From: an uncultured Gammaproteobacteria bacterium
GTDB taxonomy: Bacteria > Patescibacteriota > Patescibacteriia > Magasanikbacterales > GWA2-37-8
Length of the DNA: 64,000 nucleotides
Direction: 5' to 3'
Assembly: GCA_964619625.1 (NCBI GenBank)
Contig: CAZUFD010000003.1
Coordinates: 30,282-94,281, forward strand
Under the pieces are notes generated by a model that worked only from the letters and a program-made list of their open reading frames with translations, did not search any database and was not told where the DNA came from. Made by a program: the position numbers and the translations under genes. Shown piece after piece: positions 56,970-64,000 of this stretch. Within the stretch, counting starts at the first letter, position 1, and every line of letters starts with the position of its first letter.

Positions 56970-58385
56970 ATGAAGATCCATTTTATCGGCATCTGCGGCG
57001 TAGCCATGAGCGCGCTGGCAACCGCCTTTCACCAGATCGGCTGGGAAGTAACCGGCAGTGACGTGGGATTTTTCCCGCCGATTTCGGATTACTTAAAAAA
57101 TAATAATATAAATTTTTATCCGGGCTGGCACGTAGAAAAAATGATGGCTAGCGGCGCGCCGGATATTGTTGTGGTTGGCAACGTGGCCGGTTCCACCAAT
57201 CCGGAATTTATTTATGCCCAGGAACATAATTTGCATTATCTATCGTATCCGGAACTGATTGCCCAATATATTGTCGGAACTAATTCAGTGGTTTGCGCCG
57301 GTACCTATGGCAAAACTTCCAGCGCGGCTTTGCTCGCTTTAATTTTTACAAAAGCTGGTTTAAATCCAAACTATATGTTTGGCGGCTTAAGTTTAAATTT
57401 ACCCGTCAGCGCTAAACTGGCAAAAGAAAAGGCGTTGTGGAGTATTTTGGAAGGAGATGAATATAAAACCGCTCGCTGGGATAACCGGCCAAAATTCGCC
57501 CACTACTTGCCTACTCATTTACTTCTCACCTCTGTTTCTTGGGACCATGCCGATATTTACCCCACGCAAGAATCCTACTTTCAGGCGTTTAGAGATTTAA
57601 TCGCTAGCGTTCCCGCAAATGGTCTTATTGCCGCCTGCAGTGATTCGGCAACCGTAAGAGAAACTATACATAATAACCCAAGCACAACAAAAGTCGTAAC
57701 ATACGGAAAAAATACAGACGCGGATTACGTATATTCTAACCCTATACAAACAAAAAATGGCGCGACATTTAGTATTAAAAATAAAGAAAATCAGTATAGT
57801 ATAACCACTTCCGTGCTAGGCCAGCATATGGCCGAAAATATTTGCGGCGCGTTTGCTATGGCCAAAGAAATTGGTATTAATACAAATATTGTTCTGGAAG
57901 CTATAGCTGAATTTAAAGGTATAAAAAGACGTCTGGAAAAAAGATACGAAGGCAGTATTACCGTATATGATGATCTAGCTCATTCTCCGGCCAAAGCTGC
58001 CGCAACTTTGGCAACCTTGCGGGATATTTTCCCAACGAGCAAAGTTGTGGCTATATTTGAACCCAATACCGGCAATCGCAAATCTGCATCCGCGGCCGGT
58101 TATGCCAACGCTTTTGCAAACGCAAATGAAGTAATCATTCCCATGCTTAGCAAAGTAAAAATAGCCAAAGATGATACGGATCCGCCATTTGACGCGGCAA
58201 CCCTGCAAGGCATTATTTCGCAAACACATCCTAACGCTCTATTTATTCCTGATGACAAACATGTGATTGAAGAAATTAAAAAAACCACTCAGCATGGAGA
58301 CGTTGTGGTCTTTTTGGGGTCGCATGGGTTTAGAGGCATGATTGAAGGTTTAATTACTTCCCTTCATCAACCACTTCGGCCGTAA
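56970..58385 (+). CDS. Mpl/MurC-family UDP-MurNAc amino acid/peptide ligase
   Basis: Motifs HFIGICGVAMS.LA, GTYGKTS, EGDEY, DHADIY and DDLAHSP. Closest in pattern to Mpl. Confidence 0.85.
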   Translation: MKIHFIGICGVAMSALATAFHQIGWEVTGSDVGFFPPISDYLKNNNINFYPGWHVEKMMASGAPDIVVVGNVAGSTNPEFIYAQEHNLHYLSYPELIAQYIVGTNSVVCAGTYGKTSSAALLALIFTKAGLNPNYMFGGLSLNLPVSAKLAKEKALWSILEGDEYKTARWDNRPKFAHYLPTHLLLTSVSWDHADIYPTQESYFQAFRDLIASVPANGLIAACSDSATVRETIHNNPSTTKVVTYGKNTDADYVYSNPIQTKNGATFSIKNKENQYSITTSVLGQHMAENICGAFAMAKEIGINTNIVLEAIAEFKGIKRRLEKRYEGSITVYDDLAHSPAKAAATLATLRDIFPTSKVVAIFEPNTGNRKSASAAGYANAFANANEVIIPMLSKVKIAKDDTDPPFDAATLQGIISQTHPNALFIPDDKHVIEEIKKTTQHGDVVVFLGSHGFRGMIEGLITSLHQPLRP

Positions 58386-58518
58386 CTGTTTCGCCATTGA
58401 TTGCATTTATAAGCAAAGTAATTCCGCAGACATCGCATTCAACCACGTTTCCCACGGCTAAATTTACATACGGAGACAAATTAACTTGATTTTGGCATTC
58501 TGGACAAGTAAGCTGCAT
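58354..58518 (-). CDS. LysW-like zinc-ribbon small protein (not in ORF track)
   Basis: MQLTCPECQNQVNLSPYVNLAVGNVVECDVCGITLLINAINGETVTAEVVDEGK has CPEC...ECDVCG spacing as in LysW. Confidence 0.75.
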   Translation of the reverse strand: MQLTCPECQNQVNLSPYVNLAVGNVVECDVCGITLLINAINGETVTAEVVDEGK

Positions 58519-58594
58519 ACAAAAAATATAAAATTAAGTTAAACAGTAGATAGATTGTATAATAAATTAAAACGTAAGGCAAGAGTTAAAAATT

Positions 58595-59470
58595 ATGATT
58601 ACTCCCCAACCCAAAGCTGATACTTTAGCCAAAATTATAGGTCTGCATGCCGACCTATATTTAAAGCGCGAAGATATGCACCCGCACGGTTCGCACAAAG
58701 GCCGGTCTATCCCGCTGATGATTGATAATTATGCCACCAGCGGCCAGACATATTTTTGTATTTCCTCATCCGGTAACGCCGCGCTCTCTGCCATTTACGC
58801 GATTCAAGAATTAAATAATAAAAAACCTTCGCATTTTTTTACCCTGCATATTTTCGTCGGCAAACGTATTGATCAAGAAAAATTAAAACGACTGCGGGAA
58901 GCGATTACTAACCCAGCCCATATTACCATTGAGCAGGTGGATTCCCCAAAACGAGCTGCCTTTCAAATGGATAAAGAAGGCAAGGCAAAAAACTTGCGCC
59001 AATCAACGGACGATACTGCTCTATCCGGCTATGAAGCCTTGGCCGATGAGCTGGCAGAAATTAAAAACCTCTCCGCTGTTTTTATCCCCACATCCAGCGG
59101 CACCACCGCGCAAGGATTATATAACGGATTTAAAAAACATGGCATTAATCCGCAAATTCATATCATACAAACACCGGCCTGCCATCCGTTTGTAAATTCT
59201 GATTTGCAAACTAAAACATCGTTGGCAAACGCCATTGTGGACAATGTTGGCTACCGCAAAGAAGCCATACAAAAAATAGTTTCAGAAAGCGGCGGACACG
59301 GATGGATAACGAGTGACAAAGAAATTGAAAAAGCTATAACACAAGTAAAAGAAACAGAAAATATAGATATTTCCCCAAATAGCGCTCTATCAGTCGCGGG
59401 CCTACAACTTGCCATAAAAAATAACTGGCAATTTAACGGACCAGTGGTTTGTTTGATTACGGGAAAATAA
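58595..59470 (+). CDS. Fold-type II PLP-dependent enzyme (threonine/cysteine synthase-like)
   Basis: Motifs LYLKRED.HP.GSHKGR, SSGNA, PTSSGTT and C-terminal LITG. Confidence 0.85.
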   Translation: MITPQPKADTLAKIIGLHADLYLKREDMHPHGSHKGRSIPLMIDNYATSGQTYFCISSSGNAALSAIYAIQELNNKKPSHFFTLHIFVGKRIDQEKLKRLREAITNPAHITIEQVDSPKRAAFQMDKEGKAKNLRQSTDDTALSGYEALADELAEIKNLSAVFIPTSSGTTAQGLYNGFKKHGINPQIHIIQTPACHPFVNSDLQTKTSLANAIVDNVGYRKEAIQKIVSESGGHGWITSDKEIEKAITQVKETENIDISPNSALSVAGLQLAIKNNWQFNGPVVCLITGK

Positions 59471-59472
59471 TT

Positions 59473-61527
59473 TTATTTGTTCATCAGCACCACTTCATCT
59501 TTGCCGTCAAAATCCACATCGGCCGCCCCAACACTTACCGAACCGGCGGTAAAGCTATTTGAAACTTTAAATTGAGAAAGTAACTTGCCGGCCAAATCAT
59601 AGATTTTAACCTGCTTGCCGCTGCCCAAATCAAATGCCGCGATTATTTCTTTCTTCTTGTCGCCGTTAAGATCGCCCACCGCCACGCTTAATCCTGTTCG
59701 CAATGTCTTGGTGTCAACAAAAAACCTTTTATTTATTTTGGAAAAATTATTATTATAAATAATAATTTCCGGACGACGGCCATTGCCTACCCCAACTACG
59801 ACCTGCCCATTTTTGTTCGCAGCCGGCGTGTTATCCGCGGCTATAGCTACGGATAATCCGGCCTTAAATGTTTTGCCAAGCGGAAAAATGTTTTCTTTTA
59901 CAATTGCTCCGTGATAATTATAGAGTACTGCTTGCCCGCCTTTGCTTTGTGAAACAATAATGGAATTAGTATTGTTGCCAGCCAATCTGCCCACAGCAAT
60001 ATTTAGTTCTCCTTTGTAATTTCCGCCAAACGGAATGCCTTCAAACCATAGCTGGCCAAGACTGTTAAATATTTGCAATTTTTGGCCGCTGGCCACAATT
60101 TTTTCTTCCGCGCCATCGCCATCTAAATCGCCATAGTATATTTTGGCGCCGCTTGAGTACCCTTCTTCATAAATAAAAAAACCATTGCGCGAACGATTGC
60201 CTTTCATATCAAAAAATCGGATAAAATTTCCATTGCCAAATACCACGTTTTTGACGGTTTGAAACGTACGCAACATGATAAGCCCGTCTTTGGCCGGAAC
60301 ATTTACCTGGTTTACAATCGCACCATTATTGGTAACTTTATCCTGCAGACCGGTTATTTTTTCATATTCTCCGCCTAAATCAACGCTTTGCGATTGAGCC
60401 GTAGCATTAACCAGCGCAATACCATTTTCGTATTCCCTGCGCCAAACATCTTCGGTAAATTGTGAAGCATTTGAAAGAGATAAAGCATTGCCGAGCGGCT
60501 GGCCCAATTCTATATCATACTCATCATACCACCAGGTCTGGCCATGATCTTGATCGCCGTAATCAAAGGAATAATACCCGTCCAGCAGCAAAGCACTCGC
60601 AAGTCCCAATCTAAATTTTTTAAGATTACTGGTTTGCGTGCCCTTGTTTGCGGTATTTGCATTTATCACCATAAACCGAGGCAAAATACTGCCTTTCTGG
60701 TTAGACGCATACACTTGCATGGTGCCGCCCCAACCACCATTGATAGAAGGAAAACTCTCAAGCATTACGCCGTTTAAATCGTCTTTATAGGCATCGCTGG
60801 TCGCATTTCCCACGATAATATACCGATCACTTGTAAGCCGCCTGGTTTCTTGAAAAAGAAAACGCATCCCTTCGCGCCAATGCAGATCAACACTGCTATC
60901 GGGCTGGCCATCTTTATCTAAATCAGTATTAGGGCCGGATTTCCACTGCACATCTCTCCAGGCATTATCATAAAACACACCATCCCAAACTCCGGTGGAT
61001 AAAATTTCTTTGGTAACAAACTGAGCCAGGTACTGATTGAAACGCACGCTGTTTATTTGAGGAGCGTTGTCGGCGACGTTTAACATCCAAGTCCCGGGCC
61101 AAAAACTAATTTTGTTGTTACTAGTATCGGTAAGATACCAATTCGGATTGATGCCCGAAACTAATTTTCGGCGCATGATGCTATAGCTCGTAGCCGCATC
61201 GGCTTTTATTTCTTGCGGCGTAATATACGCCAAAATTTTTATATCCGGATTAATTTCCTTGATTTTTTTTAAAGCAGCCAGGCTATTTACCTGTGTTTCC
61301 ATGTCCAGTATAAGCAAATCCCATTTGGCCAGTTCAGTTATTTTATTTGCCGGTATATCCCAATTTAAAAAATAATTGGCGCGGCGCGGAGCTACGCGTA
61401 CGGCATCTGAAGCACTAGGGTATAATAAACCAATGTATGTCGCGATCACCAACGCCAAAGCCGCCCCTATAAAATATAGGCGTTTGATTTTGTACTTTTT
61501 CGTTTTTTTTCTAGCTTTTGCAGCCAT
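59473..61527 (-). CDS. Secreted putative glycoside hydrolase (TIM barrel) with C-terminal FG-GAP-like repeats
   Basis: N-terminal TM, WDGVFYDN, WWYDEY and WRREYENG motifs, then GDLDGDG/GDLNGD/ADVDFDG repeats. Confidence 0.75.
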   Translation of the reverse strand: MAAKARKKTKKYKIKRLYFIGAALALVIATYIGLLYPSASDAVRVAPRRANYFLNWDIPANKITELAKWDLLILDMETQVNSLAALKKIKEINPDIKILAYITPQEIKADAATSYSIMRRKLVSGINPNWYLTDTSNNKISFWPGTWMLNVADNAPQINSVRFNQYLAQFVTKEILSTGVWDGVFYDNAWRDVQWKSGPNTDLDKDGQPDSSVDLHWREGMRFLFQETRRLTSDRYIIVGNATSDAYKDDLNGVMLESFPSINGGWGGTMQVYASNQKGSILPRFMVINANTANKGTQTSNLKKFRLGLASALLLDGYYSFDYGDQDHGQTWWYDEYDIELGQPLGNALSLSNASQFTEDVWRREYENGIALVNATAQSQSVDLGGEYEKITGLQDKVTNNGAIVNQVNVPAKDGLIMLRTFQTVKNVVFGNGNFIRFFDMKGNRSRNGFFIYEEGYSSGAKIYYGDLDGDGAEEKIVASGQKLQIFNSLGQLWFEGIPFGGNYKGELNIAVGRLAGNNTNSIIVSQSKGGQAVLYNYHGAIVKENIFPLGKTFKAGLSVAIAADNTPAANKNGQVVVGVGNGRRPEIIIYNNNFSKINKRFFVDTKTLRTGLSVAVGDLNGDKKKEIIAAFDLGSGKQVKIYDLAGKLLSQFKVSNSFTAGSVSVGAADVDFDGKDEVVLMNK

Positions 61528-61617
61528 TGTACTGGGCTGTTCCCCTACTAAAAAATAGGAACTAATGGCTGTATTTTATCATAAATTCATGTTATACTCA
61601 AGGAAATAATATCTATC

Positions 61618-63009
61618 ATGAACTACCTGAAACATTTTTCCCTCAGCGCGCTTTCAGTAATCGCTTTGCTTGTTTTTATCATTATAAATCCCGGTACCGG
61701 CTTTGACCTTTTGGCTTTTTTACTGATAGTTTTTATTATCCTGCAAAAAATCTTTGGCGAATACTTTATTCTTATTCTTTTGGCAATGCGTCCGGCCCTG
61801 GATTACTGGCGTGATCTGAACCTTTTTTCCTTTAATCTTTTTGATTTTAATATCAACGCCGCTCTTTCAGTCTTTTTGCTTGCTTGGTCTATTATTTTCT
61901 TTCTTAAAAATCACGAGTATTTTGCGGACATTCCATTAAAGGCGCCGTTTCTGGCGCTTATTCTTTGGTGCGGGATTTCAGCTTTTTATACGTATAATCT
62001 ATCCTCCACCATTACCGAAACTATAAAGCTCGCAAATTTATTCGCTCTGTTTGGCATTTGTTATATTATGGCGAAAAAAGACGGTGCTAAATTTAAAGAT
62101 TTTTTCTTAAAATCAGCGATTTTGGCCGCAACCATTCCTATTACGGTCGGCATATATCAATTCATCAGTAAAACCGGCGCGGATATTGATGAATTATCCA
62201 ATAGAATTTATGGTACTTTTGCTCACCCAAACGTGCTTGCCACGTTCGCGCTGGTGTTACTTTTTATAGTCATAAATGAAATTGCATCCAGACATAAAAA
62301 AACAGAAAACATTTTTGATTTTAATAATGATGCTCCCCTAAAAATTTCCGCTCTGTTTTTATCTTTTATAATACTGCTCACCTACACTCGCATCGCCTGG
62401 GTTGGAACGGCAATGTTATTTGCCATAGTGGGCCTCATATATTATCGCAAAATTATTATATACGCTCTTGCCGGTATTGCTTTGTTTTACGCGCTTTTTT
62501 ACCCGGTGAATAATTACTTAATAAATAATCATAATGTTAATTTACAGGCTTCTCATTTTATCTTTAGATTAACTGCCCGCAATCAAGATTCGGACTCCAT
62601 ACGATGGCGCACCAATTTGATAACAAAAGTACTGCCTCTCTTTAAAGAAAAATATTTATACGGCTATGGATACGGCACGTTTGCGCGTGTTTGGGATGAT
62701 AATAAAGATATAGAAAATCTTTGGGATAATACCTCCGAAGCGCACAATGATTATATAAAAGTCGCGTTTGAATCCGGCATTATTGGTTTGGTATTATTTT
62801 TACTGATTTTTGTTTCTTTGCTATACAGACAAATACTGCTGGGCGTAAAAAATCATTGGGCAAACATTGTGTTCATTGCCAGTATTTTTGCGTATTTGGT
62901 TATGAGTATGAGCGATAATATGCTGCACCATACGCCGGTGATTTGGTGGCTTTGGGCCGTGTGGGGTTGGTGGACGGCAGGCACTAAGCCCTTAAATTCT
63001 AGATCCTAA
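61618..63009 (+). CDS. O-antigen ligase/Wzy family membrane protein
   Basis: Motifs RIYGTFAHPN, TYTRIAW, GYGYGTF and AHNDY...ESGIIG. Confidence 0.88.
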   Translation: MNYLKHFSLSALSVIALLVFIIINPGTGFDLLAFLLIVFIILQKIFGEYFILILLAMRPALDYWRDLNLFSFNLFDFNINAALSVFLLAWSIIFFLKNHEYFADIPLKAPFLALILWCGISAFYTYNLSSTITETIKLANLFALFGICYIMAKKDGAKFKDFFLKSAILAATIPITVGIYQFISKTGADIDELSNRIYGTFAHPNVLATFALVLLFIVINEIASRHKKTENIFDFNNDAPLKISALFLSFIILLTYTRIAWVGTAMLFAIVGLIYYRKIIIYALAGIALFYALFYPVNNYLINNHNVNLQASHFIFRLTARNQDSDSIRWRTNLITKVLPLFKEKYLYGYGYGTFARVWDDNKDIENLWDNTSEAHNDYIKVAFESGIIGLVLFLLIFVSLLYRQILLGVKNHWANIVFIASIFAYLVMSMSDNMLHHTPVIWWLWAVWGWWTAGTKPLNSRS

Positions 63010-63042
63010 GATTGAGATGGAAGAAGTTGCCGAAATTTTAGT

Positions 63043-63080
63043 TCCTCCTCTTACCAAGAGGAGGTTAGGAGGAGTTGCCG
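63043..63080. repeat. Left palindromic repeat flanking the DUF559 gene
   Basis: TCCTCCTCTTACCAAGAGGAGGTTAGGAGGAGTTGCCG, an inverted copy of 63451-63490. Confidence 0.75.
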
Positions 63081-63086
63081 GTGTCT

Positions 63087-63521
63087 ATGGCTAAAATATT
63101 CAACAGAAAAAAATTTCTCAGCTTCAGATCAGAGCTTCGTAATAAAATGACTAAAAGTGAAATTTTACTCTGAAAATATCTAAAAAATGATCGGGTGGGT
63201 TTTAGATTTAGAAGACAGTACGGGATTGGAAATTATATAGTTGATTTTTACTGCCCTAAGTTAAAACTTGCCATAGAAATAGATGGGTTTACACATGCCG
63301 AAGAGAAAGTATTTATAAAAGATCAAAATAAAGAAGCTTTTTTAAAAAAGAATAATATAATCCTGAAAAGATATAATAGCGCTCAAATATTTAATGACTT
63401 AGATAACGTACTCTTGGATATTGAACATGGTTGTACAGAAATAGCCGAAGCTTCGGCAACTCCCCCTACCCCCTCTTGGAAAGAGGGGGAAACAAAAAAC
63501 CACCCGGAGAGAGTTACCTAA
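63087..63521 (+). pseudogene. DUF559 (Vsr-like) endonuclease interrupted by in-frame TGA at 63171-63173
   Basis: Reads MAKIFN...LRNKMTKSEILL*KYL...FRFRRQY..GNYIVDFYC...IEIDG.TH. The TGA sits where the family has Trp. Confidence 0.8.
63451..63490. repeat. Right palindromic repeat at the 3' end of the DUF559 gene
   Basis: CTTCGGCAACTCCCCCTACCCCCTCTTGGAAAGAGGGGGA. Confidence 0.8.
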
Positions 63522-63774
63522 ATAAGTAATAAATTATTTATTCGGGTAATCGGGTGAAAATTTTGCTAGGCAGATAAATCTGTCTATTTTTATTCATTAT
63601 TTACTAATGAACAGTGTAGATAGATTTTTATTTAATTTTTGTATCTTCTCATTTATTTTTCCACTATTTTTATATAATGGAAAAAATGCATGAGAGGAGA
63701 AGGGCTGCAGCTGCAGACAAAAGTCTCTGCCGCTTCTCCTTGCCTTGAGGGTTTCTCAAGGACTTGCTTGCCAA

Positions 63775-63999
63775 CTAGGGTGGGGTCACCGTGATCCGGA
63801 TACGGGCGATGTGATCTACACCATTGACCGGACAACGGAAAGTGTGATCACCGCTCTCGTTCGGCGAGAAGTTGTTGAATGTACCATTAGACGGATACTG
63901 TCCTCCTTGCTGAGGCATTCCGCCGTTCATGGGACCTCCACTAAGGTCTTGGCTCCTTCCGTCACAATCTGCGGTACCGGGAGATTGCCAATGCAGACT
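63775..63999 (-). CDS. 3' end of a GC-richer gene entering from beyond the window (beta-rich, Ig-like C-terminus)
   Basis: Open frame ...GDHTFRCPVNGVDHIARIRITVTPP*, followed by hairpins at ~63695-63761. Confidence 0.5.
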   Translation of the reverse strand, partial: SLHWQSPGTADCDGRSQDLSGGPMNGGMPQQGGQYPSNGTFNNFSPNESGDHTFRCPVNGVDHIARIRITVTPP

Positions 64000-64000
64000 G

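Noticed and set aside
63171-63173. TGA reassignment (genetic code 4 or 25)
   Set aside because: Long core genes translate intact under code 11 and TGA terminates genes such as korB, so one isolated case is better explained as a nonsense mutation or error.

Overview
A 64 kb window of a low-GC bacterial chromosome read in the standard genetic code. Its gene content and style fit Patescibacteria/CPR (inference): housekeeping genes largely lack Shine-Dalgarno sites, there is a fermentative acd-OFOR-flavodoxin block and a single Xer, and many genes are short ORFans. Gene orientation converges on ~7-12 kb, where a Xer-type tyrosine recombinase and an 11-6-11 dif-like site (11617-11644) suggest the replication terminus. 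Core genes include ddl, serS, lysS, greA, mrdA-mreDCB, a UvrD-nuclease fusion, the F1Fo ATP synthase operon, tatD, metG, rsmI, iscS/thiI, ribH, tkt, hpf and murB. Five observations stand out. (1) An unannotated, highly structured ~336-nt RNA-like locus with its own extended -10 promoter lies beside dif. (2) A cell-wall-linked cluster divergent from murB encodes an ATP-grasp ligase, an NlpC/P60 enzyme, MraY, an ATE/Bpt-like tRNA-dependent transferase, an Mpl-like ligase, a LysW-like carrier and a PLP enzyme. (3) Palindromic REP-like elements occur in several places, some in frame inside core genes, and one is 38/40 identical to the repeat flanking a DUF559 nuclease gene. (4) About ten GC-richer ORFan units carry their own sigma70-type promoters and mostly strong SD sites. 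(5) Small ORFs missed by the track include metallothionein-like and LysW-like genes. All calls come from reading the sequence; no database searches or folding programs were run.
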